A DNA stretch of 64,000 nt from the human T2T-CHM13v2.0 reference genome, Homo sapiens, in the NCBI RefSeq assembly GCF_009914755.1, contig NC_060928.1, one strand, 5' to 3'. This document shows, in pieces, positions 30,620 to 44,584 of this stretch (positions are counted from its first letter, which is position 1; the number at the start of each line of letters is the position of its first letter). The translations under genes and the position numbers were made by a program. The notes under the pieces were generated by a model. The model did no database searches. It saw nothing but the letters and a program-made list of their open reading frames with translations, and was not told the origin of the DNA.

Positions 30620-30870
30620 TCCATAACACATATTAATGCACAGTACATCCAAGGCTTGTGCTAGAAGCTGAGAACACAAAGAGGAATACGAGATAATCTT
30701 TCTCCAAGGAAATCACAGACTTCTGGACTAGAGAAGAATGCAAAATTGTAATTGCAATGCAGTCATGTTAAGGTTATAATGAATATATACACAGTCTGTT
30801 TAGAAAGCAAGGAGAGCTTCCAACATAGGGTTGTAAAGAATGACTTGTAAAAGAAGGAGGCTTAGAAAAT
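30620..30870 (-). mobile_element. L2 fragment
   Basis: CCAAGGCTTGTGCTAGAAGCTGAGAACACAAAG...CAAGGAAATCACAG, resembling a reverse L2 3' end. Confidence 0.5.
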
Positions 30871-31138
30871 AAAGTTTACCTTTCCTCGCCAGCCCACACT
30901 GCATGGTCTATGTTCCCAGTCAGTAGCAGAATCAGGACTGGACCCTAGATCTTCTCATGCTTCCCTGAGAACTTTCCACTAACAGCCACACCTCTTGGGA
31001 GAGATTATCCTTCTTTACGGTGGTCTATGTGAGTATCGGACCCAATAGGGGATTCTCTTTATTTGTAAGTTATATAAAACACATTTTCTCTGCGTGTGTG
31101 TGTGCACACACCCATGTGTGGATGCATCTATGAGAGAC

Positions 31139-31147
<9 letters not shown>

Positions 31148-31178
<31 letters not shown>
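31148..31178. repeat. (GA)n microsatellite
   Basis: Perfect GA run. Confidence 0.95.
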
Positions 31179-31182
<4 letters not shown>

Positions 31183-31713
31183 TGGGGATTCTTACTACTT
31201 ACTAGTGAGTGAGCACAGAATGGGGGAACTGAATCCATTACCTCAGTTAGTCTTAGTTTCCTCTGAGGGATGCTTAAAGACATTCTCTAGGCACAGGGAT
31301 GAATGCTACTTTTGAGCTCCCACTTCACTTTCAATTGAATGTACTACAATGTATCCATAGCCCAAATTATACACAATTTGTATATAGATACATGTGCATG
31401 TACATATAGCACAACTGAACTGAATTGAACTTGACTAGTTGACATAGGTTTTATTTTGTAGATGTTTAATTAAATGGTGTTAAGTTCCTCCCTTCCCATA
31501 TTTTGGAGCCAATGATTTTCTTCAGATTTCAGATACATCCCAAAGCCCCCTTGAAGAACTTGTCACCAGTGAGCATCGTGCCTGTCATACCTAGGTGCTT
31601 CTTCTCATGTGAGCGTCTAGTCATGCTTAGAGTAAGTTAAAAATACTTATACTTTTATATGCTCTTTTATAATACCGCATATCATATACATTTGTACCTA
31701 TACATAAGATCAA

Positions 31714-32150
31714 TGTTTTCATTAGCTATTGCCACAATAATGCTCTCTAGAAAAGCACCACAAAATTTCAGCAGCACACAGCAATAGGGTTTTATTTTTC
31801 CCTCATGAGTTTGCTGGTTAGCTGGTGCTTCTCTGCTTTAGACTGTGGGGCAGCTCGGTGGCTCTGCTCAGTGTACTTCTCTGTCTTCTGGGACCGTGAG
31901 CTAGCTGGGGCATTTGCTTCTCAGGACGCTGGCAGAGGTGCAAGAGGGCAAACAGAACTTATGAGATCTCTTACCACCTAAGCTTGGAACTGCCAGAGTC
32001 CCTTTTCTCTACATGTCATTAGCCAAAGGAAGGCGCACAGCTAAACCCAAAGTCAAAAGGCAGGGCAGTGTGCTCTTCACAGCGAGACTCTGGCAAGAGC
32101 ATGAATGTGGATGGGGTGAAAAATTGGGATCAATAATTTATCTACTAAGT
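31714..32150 (-). mobile_element. Old MaLR LTR (MLT1H/I-like)
   Basis: ATTAGCTATTGCCACAATAATGCT...CATTAGCCAAAG...AACCCAAAGTCAA motifs. Confidence 0.7.
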
Positions 32151-32399
32151 TACCCCCCTTCCCTATACACACATTTGCCATGCTTAATAAATGATTTAAA
32201 ATATTTTTGAGATACGTGGACTTAGCAGTTGACCTGAAAACCTGTACCCTGTACGAGATATGACTCAGCTGTACCCATACCAGCTGGTGAGCCGTGTGCC
32301 CATGATACCAAGTCACCTAGCTGAACTTCCAGAGTTGGAGATTTTTTCTCTAGGCCTTAAATAACAACACTCACTTGAGCATTAATTACACTTGGTTCA

Positions 32400-32730
<331 letters not shown>

Positions 32731-33089
32731 GAAAACTAGGATATTAATCTTACTTTAAAGCAAAGTGCTACTGAAGACATGGTTTTCAAGAGAGACGCTA
32801 CCTCCATTGCCTTGAGGGATTCCAGTGACTATTTCATTTGTATTAGACATCAGGTGTTTTGTCTGTAGTGAGTCAGCCATATTTATAAGGCTTTCTCTTA
32901 TATTATTAGTTAATCCTTGATGCCTTGATCAATTATCACCTGTTACATTCAGAACAGTAGCTTATATACTCACTTTATAGTGGGTGTCTTTTATAAAGTT
33001 TTGATTATGCATTTATTTTCATTATACATACACTGTATGTTTGTTGCAAAAGTTAGAAAACAGACATAAGTAAAAGAGAGATGAGCATT

Positions 33090-33270
33090 GTGTACTTCAC
33101 TAACATTATTTCAAACATTCCCCACAACAACGCTGAAAGGTAGAGATTTTTTGGTCCATTTGACAGAAGATGAAATTGAGGAACAGTGAGATCAAGGAGT
33201 TCACCTAAGTTGACATAATTGGTAAATGGCTGTCAGGATCTTCTGGCTCTATTGCCAGTGCCTAAGTTTC
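33090..33270 (-). mobile_element. MIR fragment
   Basis: CCATTTGACAGAAGATGAAATTGAGG, a reverse MIR core. Confidence 0.65.
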
Positions 33271-33439
33271 AATTTGCCCTCTTGCACCTCTGCCAGCATC
33301 ACAAGAAGCAAATGTCCCAGCTAGCTCATGGCCCCAGGAGAAGACTGAGTACATTGAGCAGAGCCAGCCAACTGCCCTACAGTTGGTTAAATAGTGTTTT
33401 TACACTTTGGACAAGCCCTTTACTTGGAACTCCAAGGTG

Positions 33440-33720
33440 TCTTTATTTCTATCAATTTTAAATGAACACAAATAATAAATGTATTTTCAGTATAAAAATT
33501 TAAACAATTTAGAAATATTTCAAGTAAAAAGTGAAAGTTCTTCCTCAAAACTTCTATGTCTCATTCAACTTTTCTTCTCAGAAGCAACTGTTGTTATCAA
33601 TTTGGTGTGTATTTTCCTAGACATTTTCTTATGATTTATAAATACAGTTTATGTGGATATGTTTCTACTTGTATGTGAGAATGTTTGTACATTTTACAGC
33701 AGAGGAATCATATTTTGGAG
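33440..33720 (-). mobile_element. Ancient L1 (L1ME-like) 3' fragment
   Basis: CAGAAGCAACTGTTGTTATCAATTTGGTGTGTATTTTCCTAGAC motif. Confidence 0.5.
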
Positions 33721-33727
33721 ATGTTTC

Positions 33728-34790
33728 TGTGGTAAATTCTAGTTGACTTCAGTAGTCATTTCCCCATTCTTTATTGATAGAGGAATTGTTATTTGGGCAT
33801 ATGCTACCCAAAATAAAGTTACATTTCCTGCTTTCCCTAACAGCTAGCTGTGACCACTTGACTAAAGGCTGGGCAAAAAATGTGCATAAAAGTGTCTGAG
33901 ACATCTCCCAGTTCCCTTCTTTAAGAAACAGCTAGTTTGTACTGTTTGAGTCTCTCTTTCTTTGTCCCTCCCTCTATCCTTCTGTCTGTAATGTAGATGA
34001 CACCATCATCAACCACAGTGCTGGGACCAGGCACACTGAGCAGTAAGACACAGAGGCCCAAGTGTTAATACCATGGAGTGCCATACTAGCTCTGGTTCAC
34101 TTTCCTCTGCTTGACAAAGAAATGCATCTGAATTTTACTTAAGCCACTATTATTTTGAAGTTTTCTGTGACTTGCAACTGGTAATAATTCTAGAATTGCA
34201 GCAAATAGCAGAACCAGATCGTGTGCTGTTGACTTGGCAGAAGTAGTTAGGTGGTGAAGAGCAAAGGATCAGATATTATTGGCTAGAAAGTTCATGAGCC
34301 TTATTTGGTTCCTTGGTCCCTACTCTGCCTTGAAAGGCAGACCACAAACTGATAGAGGCTGCAGGGTTGAAGGAAAAGGAAGAGAAACTGGATGATGTTA
34401 ATGAAAGTGCTTCTTGCTGTCTGTAGCAAAGTCTCACTCAAGAGAGGTGAACACAGGCCAGAAAATCTAGGGATAAAGTTGGAAGAGAATATAGCTCTAT
34501 TAAAAACAGACTTTTCTGCCTGGCATCTGCAATCTCAGTTGTCTGAGTGGTTACCTGGAATCCTGTATCAGGAAAAAAAAAAAAAAAAACCTCTGTACCA
34601 ACTCCAAATGAAGGAGTTGTAAGCATTGATTCTGCAATGGCAGCCTTAGCAGGAGATAACTATGCTCCAAGTCTTTTTACATCACCTTCTGCTAAGATTT
34701 TTCTGTTAGATGATGGAAGCCAGACCAAAGGCAAAAGATCCAGATTAAACTGGTTGTTTCAGAAGACCTCAAGGTGGCCAGTACCAAACT
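33728..34790 (+). mobile_element. Old MLT1 LTR followed by probable internal sequence
   Basis: TG start, ACATTTCCTGCTTTCCC...AGCTAGCTGTGACCAC, TTAAGCCACT...TGACTTGCAACTG; the internal part is inferred. Confidence 0.5.
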
Positions 34791-34849
34791 GAGAAAAAGG
34801 GAAAGGCAGAGTGCTGATGGTGGGAACGAACAAACGGGAGTCTTCAGGC

Positions 34850-35170
34850 AATATAGCTTAGTCTGGAGCCAGATTGCCACATTAAGCCGATTCGCTGTGC
34901 AACCTTGGGAAATTGCTTAATCTCTCCATTCCTCACAGATTTGTTGAGCTCCTATTATATTACCAGGCACTGTTCTTGGACTGAGGACAACATTGCAAAC
35001 ATAACAAAACCGAAAAATAAAAACAAGGTCCTTGCTGTCCAGAGTTTTGAGTTCTAGTGAGAAGAGAGAATTATCAAGAAAACACATTTAAAAGACAATT
35101 TTAATGACAAGATAATTTCAGATAGTAGAAAGTGGAAAGAAACTGAAGCAGGGTGATAGAGAGAGGGCTA
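34850..35170. mobile_element. MIR fragment (+) adjoining L2 fragment (-)
   Basis: GTCTGGAGCCAGA...GCTGTGCAACCTTGGG, then TTTGTTGAGCTCCTATTATATTACCAGGCACTGTTC. Confidence 0.6.
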
Positions 35171-35364
35171 CCAGTGGTCGTAACATCCAAAGAAAAGTTC
35201 CAATTCTACATTGTTTCTAAAATCCATCTGCTTTAATCACTGCTGGGGTCTAAGAGGGCCTAACATATTAACACTCTCCTCCCTACTTGAGTTCAGAAGC
35301 AACTGAAAGATAAGGCAAAGAGGTCATGATTGATTGCACTCAGAACATCGGATCTATTACTGAA

Positions 35365-36048
<684 letters not shown>

Positions 36049-36617
36049 TGAGAAAAGCAAAATTTAAGCACATGGCTTGGTCCCTTGCAAAAGATGAACT
36101 TTGAAATACTAAATCTCAGAATTAGAGAACTTGCCCATCCAGTCCTTAGTGGTATTGCTTTGTTACTTTTTTTAAATAAAAAAACTAAAGTTTAGCCACT
36201 CATCTAACAATAAAGCACAAAGCAGGTAAAAATCTGATGAAAAACACCCTTCACCACACAACTATGAATGATATCTTTAGTATCTTCAGAAATCTAATTT
36301 ATAAATACTTCCTTGTCTTTTAACTTCATAACAGGCAAAATAACTCATTTGATGCCTTGTGCTCTCAAAATTTTATGTCACCAGCTCAAAGCTGCTTAGT
36401 CTTTCAAGTTTTCTCCATTGAACATGCTCATTTCTGCTGGTTTTAATTTCAGTCAAAGATTAATAAAAATTTAAAATACAAAAAGTTAATTCTACAATAT
36501 CAATTTACACTTACATATGAAACTAGGAATATCACAAAAGGGATAATATCATAGAACTTTGAAGTACACACTCCTATGAAAAGGAAGATTACAATGCTCA
36601 CTTTAAAGTGGGTTTTT

Positions 36618-36924
36618 GGCTGGCCATGGTGGTTCACACCTGTAATCCCAGCATTTTGGGAGGCCAAGGCAGGAGAATTGCTTGAGGCCAAGAGTTTGAG
36701 ACCAACCTGGGCAACATAACAAGACCCTGTCTCCTAGGAAAAAAAAAAAAAAAAAAAAACAAAGAAAAAAGACGGGTGTCGTGGCAAGAACCTGTAGTCC
36801 TAGCTGCTCAGTAGGCTGAGGTGGGAGAATCCCTTGAGCCCAGGCGTTCCAGGCTACAGTGAGCAGTAATCACATTACTGTACTCCAGCCCTGGCAACAG
36901 TAAGACCTTATCTCTTAAAAAAAA
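36618..36924 (+). mobile_element. AluJ with expanded central A tract
   Basis: GCTTGAGGCCAAGAGTTTGAGACC and CTTGAGCCCAGG J diagnostics. Confidence 0.92.
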
Positions 36925-37913
36925 TGTATTTCAGATTCCTTCCAGTGAACCCAATATAGAGATGGGAAAGTCTAGTCCTGGGTCTTTGCTGCTCCATTCT
37001 GATGCATCCTAAGCCCAAGTTCATGTTTCTACTGAGGATAGATGGGTTTGGCAGCGTGCCAGAATTACACATTAGGTACATTGGTGTAGAATGTAAATTT
37101 GATTATCTCTCTCTCTCTCAACATTTTAGATATTTGAAAATACAGGGCATTATTGATTCTTTCTCTCTCTCTCTCTCTCTCCCTCAATGTAGCCTGCAAT
37201 GTACATTAATATCAAGCCTGAAACTATGGCATAGAGCATTTTATTATCCTGGAATGTCAAACTTTCCTAGGAAGAGAATTTTTCTTAAGGAGAATTTCCA
37301 CAATCCAGGTGCATGTACTGACATTCTCTTTCCTGGGTATATTATTTTTCACACTCAGTTCTTGTTCTCTTTTCTCCGACATTATAGAAGAAAATTGATG
37401 GAACCGAATAAATTAAGAGCCCTGGTCCTTTATCATCTTAACTGTTCAGCTCATTTCATTGATACCTTGCGGAGGCCAGGAGGTGCTCACGGATAACTCC
37501 TTTAGAGAAAAGGGCTTTTTGTTTGTTTGTTTTTGTTTACTTTTATGTTCAATTTACCATAAAGAATCTTATACTGCTATAAGAATAAACTGAATAAACA
37601 ATAAACCCAATAGCAAATATGGTAATTAAGGTTTTGGGGGAAATGATAGCTTTACGCTTTAGAAATTAAACTCCAATATTGTATCTCAAAATATCTATAA
37701 AACTGACAAATCTGGTCAGTTTGATTAGCAGGAAGTAAACTAAAAATCTCTAGATTTCATTAAACCCCTAGAATGTAGCATTGAAAAAAGCACTTAGGAA
37801 AGTTGTAGGGATTCTCTTTTTGGAGTTGTCTGAAAAAGGATTTCTTTCTTTTAGGAGGATAAGGACTGAACCTTAGACAGAATGTTTTCTCAATGTCTGT
37901 TGCACCCTCAGAG

Positions 37914-37962
37914 TATGTGTGTGTGTATGTGTGTGTGTGTGTGTGCATGCGCATGCACACAC
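37914..37962. repeat. Imperfect (TG)n alternating purine-pyrimidine tract
   Basis: TG run ending in TGTGTGCATGCGCATGCACACA. Confidence 0.9.
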
Positions 37963-38510
37963 ATGCTATTTTCTCTAATTATAGAACAGAATTTCTCGAA
38001 TTCTCTTGAATTAACAATGCTGGCATAATGGAGTCTTTTTACATGCCTTGTGATGCAAAGCTATATCAAGGTTAAAATAATAATTTGTAGATGAGTAGTG
38101 AAAGAGCAATCTTTGTGCTTCCGATTCAAAGAAGTTGAGTTTCCTGTATATTTTCTTTATTTTTTTCCATGTAAGAGGTACGTTGAGAAGAACAATTTTT
38201 GAAAGAATTTTAGTGCAAAAGACTGGGTTCCACTTCTCAATTGCTAAAAATTATCAGCTAAGATTCCCACTTTTCCTTCACATACTGTCTTTAGCTTAAA
38301 GAAGACAAGTTCCTTAGGGTTAGTGGGGGAGCGGGAGGTGGGTAGGATGGAGACACAGCCAAGCTTGAAATGATGCTGACAAGGGCCAGGGCAGGTGGGA
38401 TCCATGTGGATGCTAGTTCATGTTCTCCAACTGCTTCTTAATGTCAAGTTCAATATTGTTCATGTTGAATGATGTATTTTTGCATCAGTGGAGGTATTCC
38501 TGCAAAGCTG

Positions 38511-38567
38511 AGTATGTGTTCTAGAACACATACTAGTGTTCTAGGAACACTAGAATATGTGTTCCTA
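38511..38567. repeat. Cluster of overlapping inverted repeats
   Basis: Perfect 24-bp palindrome AGTATGTGTTCTAGAACACATACT plus two inverted repeats with 9-bp arms. Confidence 0.9.
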
Positions 38568-38569
38568 CC

Positions 38570-38920
38570 ACCTAGAATGCTGGCTCTTCATTTGACTAAC
38601 ACCTAATCATTCTTCAGGTCTAAGCTCAATGTGACTTTCTCTAGGAAAGCATATGTGACTCCTAAATCTAAATTAGGATCCCATTACATTTTTCTCTCTT
38701 AGGACCCTGTTTCTTTCCTTCAGAGAAATATATGTATAGAAATATATGTAAATGTAGAAGAATATAATGCATTATTATATATTAAGATCTCGTATTTGTT
38801 AAAAGTTCCTCTCTGACATTCAACCACATGCTCTAGCTGGGCAAGCACCATATCTCAAGAGTGTAGCACCTGGTCGTTGATTGGTAGACAGTCAATCAGT
38901 ATTTCCTGAATTAATAAATC
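38570..38920 (+). mobile_element. L2 3' fragment
   Basis: CCTAGAATGC...TCATTCTTCAGGTCTAAGCTCAATGTGACTTTCTCTAGGAAAGC...TGAATTAATAAAT. Confidence 0.65.
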
Positions 38921-39704
38921 TGTAAATATGTCCTCACTGTCTCCTCCTGGAATTTGTGAGATTCTTTGACTTCATTTCTAATCAACTTTCTATTGGCTTT
39001 ATTCCTTATCAATTTAGGTTGTGTTTCATACTTCGTTCATTGCCAAGGGAATTTAATATTTAAAATAGTTCAATAGTAATTTGTTTTGTAAAGAAAAGTT
39101 CATTTGATTGTATAAATATTCTGTATTCTTTTGAAGGCAAAACTTATTTTCTCACAAATACTCTCTGGTTTTGGGGCTTTGCACTGCTAGGACAGTGTCC
39201 TTTCACAACTGCTTAAACCCATTCATATTTCTATGCAGGCACTTTCACCTTCTGTCACTCCCACAACACAATTTAATGAGATTTGGGGAGATTTGTTTCC
39301 TGATTTGTTTCCTTTTTGCTTCTGGATGGCCACAGACAGAAATCTGGTTAAGGGCAACCTCTAGATAAGCAATAGATATCAGCCCAGAGCCCTCTAGCTG
39401 CTACTCAATCCTTATGCTATACCATGTCGCAGGGGAAAGATTAGACAGATTAATTAGTACTCATTACTGTGGAGCCAGAAGATCTCCTCTTAGTATGACA
39501 AAACATAATAAAAGCCATCACATATTGGGCTCAACTGGTCAGAAAGATGGGGCTTCACACCGCAGATGCATACTTTAGCGTTCTCTATCCTGGGACACAA
39601 AACTAAGCTAAATAAACAAACCAAGAAACCTTTGCTTGGCTCTCCCGTTACCTCTGGTAACCATCCAATTAATCTTTTTTCCTTTTATTCACAGCATCTC
39701 AGAT

Positions 39705-40210
39705 AATTCGGTTTCTATTTGGAATGCATTCTTCTCCAAATAACAGACTGTCTGACTGATTGTTGTTTAAACTGGAGATGATTTTTCTCACATAACAAGA
39801 AGTCTGGAGGTGGTTGTTTGCTGATGTTTATTCAGTGGCTCACAAAGTGAGGTCTTGGAATTGGTGTCTCTGATTCTCATGGTTCTTCCCACGTGGCTGT
39901 TGGAGCACAAGCAGTTCCCAGCAACCTATTCTCATACACCCATGTTCAAGTTCAGATAGCGGAAGAAGCAAGCAGAGAGCTTACACCGCATTCCCTTCCC
40001 CTTTAACTAGGCATAAGGAATATCCCTCAAAGGAGTCCCAGTTTCCTTTGCCTCCTCTTACACTTCATTGGCCAGAACTGGGTTTCATGCTACCCCAGCT
40101 AAAAAGAATAATAATAAGTAATAGGTTTTCCAACCCTTCTGTCTGTAGGTGACAGATAATGGATAAGGGAATTGGAGATGTTTTTTGAATAGGTACAAAA
40201 TGGTCTGCAA
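39705..40210 (-). mobile_element. Old MaLR LTR (MLT1K/L-like)
   Basis: TCTCACATAACAAGAAGTCTGGAGG and CATTGGCCAGAACTGGG...CATGCTACCCCAGCT motifs. Confidence 0.65.
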
Positions 40211-41719
40211 TCGATTCTGATCTGGAACTCTGCTTAGTCTTTTGTAATCTCATATATTATAGCATCAAAACTGCATTCTTGGTGGTGACATTCTCCTCAG
40301 ACTTTAAGATATTCCTTTTCTCTGTTTGGTGCCATACTCCTCATCTGAATTTCCTAAAAATGAATGGCACACAATGAGCAAATCACACATATATATGGTA
40401 CATTAAGCAGATAAGCAGAACATGTGCTATTTTCAAAAGACTTCATCTTTCTTTTTATTTTCAAATACTTTTCTCCCCATTGCCCCACTAGGGTGTTGTT
40501 TTCCTTTTTCCATGGACCTTTCTCAGGTACTGCAATTCCTAGAGTAATAAATGTAGATGTTTACACCAGGTTACAGTATTTTTGTTTATTTATATAGATA
40601 AAGCAAGATTCAGTAATTTCATAATTTGGGATATTCAAGGGAATCATTATGGTGAGTTTTTTTATATTTATTATTCTTTGAAAAGGTGATATAGATAGAA
40701 AGTCCCCAGCTTTTCTAAAATACACATTTTAATAAAAGTCTGCCCATGCTAGAGGTATTATCATATGCTAGTAAGTCTTCACTCAGTCACAGTCTTTCGG
40801 GGTTTATTCATCAACTCATAGCACATAATCTATTACTGACTTTCTACTTGTGGTACTTGTGGTGACTTGTGCAGTCACCCAGTGCCCCTGAAGGGCAAGT
40901 GGATTCACATTCACTTCACTAAGAATGAAAAGAAAAAAATGGACAGATGTTCTTGGTAATGGTTGGCATTTCAGTGTGTAATGTATAAAGTTACCTAATA
41001 TGTTAGCCTTTCACATGAAAGAAAGAAAATAGAATCCATATAATATTCCTGTAACTGTGGCTGGTTGAATAAATTGATTGACCTGAACTACTTAAAGTTT
41101 TTTCATCTGTACATAATTAATAATAAATGCATTCTGAAAGCTGAGCAATTTTATTTGAAATTCATTTATTTGATAGCCTTCATTTGACCTCTTTGAAAAT
41201 ACCCTGCAGCTCTGCTTTTTGTTTGCTTCTTTGATTGGGCACGAGAAATCACTCATGCATAGACATTCCTACTGACTTACTCAATGACACTTTCTTTTTT
41301 GCATACAAATGCTCTCTCTAATTTTTTACTGTCATCAAATGTTCATGCTATATCATCTACAAATATGAAGACTGTGCTCAATTAAACAGAGTTTAGTGTT
41401 CAAATAAAATACACAGAAAAGTTTATCTGACACATATTTAATGATGTGCTAATTGTTGTGCTGCATGGTAATTGGGCATAAATGGTAAGCCACTCATGTC
41501 ATACCAATGGAAAATATATTTATACAGACAGACCCAGCATTTTTATATTCAACAATGGGAAGTAATTGGAAGTGGGGGGAATGTGAATTGGGATGTACCT
41601 TGACTGGTTTATTTACCTGTTACCTTCTAGCTCTATCAGTTCCAACCTAAGGAGAGGTATCCGGAATCTCCAGGTCTTTCCTGTATTGATTTTCCCAGGA
41701 TTTAGATGGACTAACATGA

Positions 41720-42700
<981 letters not shown>

Positions 42701-44548
42701 TAGACGTGGGTCTTAATGTGTTGATTATTTTAAAGAAAAGAGACTCATTAAAGGACTAGGGTGTCAGACAACTTTGAGAGAAAGAAAACTTTTCCACATA
42801 TAATTTTCTTGGCATAAGACCCCAAGAAGCAGTGGCTCATTATGGTTATGTGTAGAGAAGTCAGAGTTTGTGTACTTATCTTCAAAGGGCTACATATTAC
42901 CAGGCAGGGTGTGGAGGACACTTCATAAGCTTAGGTGATCATGATGGTAGACCTGTTATTGTTGACTCAGTAGGTATGGTAGGCAGAATTCTAAGATTGT
43001 CCCCAATTATCCCCATGATTCCTGCCCCACTGGTATATATGCCTTATGTAATCACTTTCCCTTGAATGAGAGAAAAACCTGTGAATATGATAGAATATTA
43101 TTTATGTAATTAGGTTACAGTATGAGGCAAAAGTGAGAGAATTTTGCAGATATAATTAAGGTCCCTAATCAGTTGATTTTTAAAATGTCCTCAAGATTTT
43201 ATTTTATTTTACTTTATTTTATTTTTATTTTCATTATACTTTAAGTTCCAGCATACATGTGCAGAATGTGCAGGTTTGTTATATATGTATACATGTGCCA
43301 TGGTACTGTTTAAGCCCCACATGCATTAGGTATTTCTCCTAATGCTATCCCTCCCCTTGCCCCAAACCCCCCAACAGCGCCTCCCTGTGTCCATGTGTTC
43401 TCACTATTCAACTCCCACTTATGAGTGAGAACATGCACTCTTTGGTTTTCTGTTCCTGTGTTAGTTTGCTGAGAATGATGGTTCCCAGCTTCATCCATGT
43501 CCTTGCAAAGGACATGAACTCATTCATTTTTATACCGGCAGAGTATTCCATGGTGTATATGTGCCATATTTTCTTTATTTAGTCTATCATTGATGGGCAT
43601 TTGGGTTGGTTCCAAGTCTTTGTTATTGTAAATAGTGCTGCAATAAACATACGTGTGCATGTGTCTTTATAGTAGAATGATTTATAATCCTTTGGGTATA
43701 TACCCAGTAATGGGATTGCTGGGTAAAATGGTATTTCTGATTCTAGGTCCTTAAGGAATTGCTACACTGTCTTCCACAATGGTTGAACTAATTTACACTC
43801 CCACCAACAGTGTAAAAGCATTCCTATTTCTCCACATCCTCTCCAACATATGTTGTTTCCTGAATTTTTAATGATCACCATTCTAACTGGCATGAGGTGG
43901 TATCTCATTGTGGTTTTGATTTGCATTTCTCTAATGACCAGTAATGATGAGCCTTTTTCCATGTTTGTTGGCTGCATAAATGTCTTCTTTTGAGAACTTT
44001 CTGTTCATATCCTTTGCCCACTTTTTGATGGGGTTGTTTTTTTCTTGTAAATGTGTTTAAGTTCTTCGTAGATTCTGGATATTAGCCCTTTGTCAGATGG
44101 ATAGATTGCAAAAGTTTTCTCCCATTTTGTAGGTTGCCTGTTTACTCTGATGATAGTTTCTTTTGCTGTGCAGAAGTTCTTTGGTTTAATTAGACCTCAT
44201 TTGTCAATTTTGGCTTTTTTTGCAATTGCTTTTGGTATTTTAGTCATGAAGTCTTTGCCCATGCCTATGTCCTGAATGGTATTGCCTAAGTTTTCCTCTA
44301 GGGTTTTTATGGCTTTAGGTCTTATGTTGAAATCTTTAATCTATCTTGAGTTAATTTTTTGTATAAGGTGTAAGGAAGGGGTCCAGATTCAATTGTCTGC
44401 ATATAGCTAGTTAGTTCTTCCAACACCTTTTATTAAATAGGGAATCCTTTCCCCATTGCTTCTTTTTGTCATGTTTGTCTAAGATCAGATGGTTGTAGAT
44501 GTGTGGCATTATTTCTGAGGCCTCTGTTTTGTTCCATTGGTCTATATA

Positions 44549-44550
<2 letters not shown>

Positions 44551-44582
<32 letters not shown>
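44551..44582. repeat. (TG)16 microsatellite inside L1 ORF2
   Basis: Perfect TG run. Confidence 0.97.

Positions 44583-44584
<2 letters not shown>

Noticed and set aside
37002-37496. 164-aa ORF in non-repeat DNA
   Set aside because: No recognisable domain, it runs through (CT)n tracts, has the composition of random AT-rich DNA, and has no promoter or splice support.
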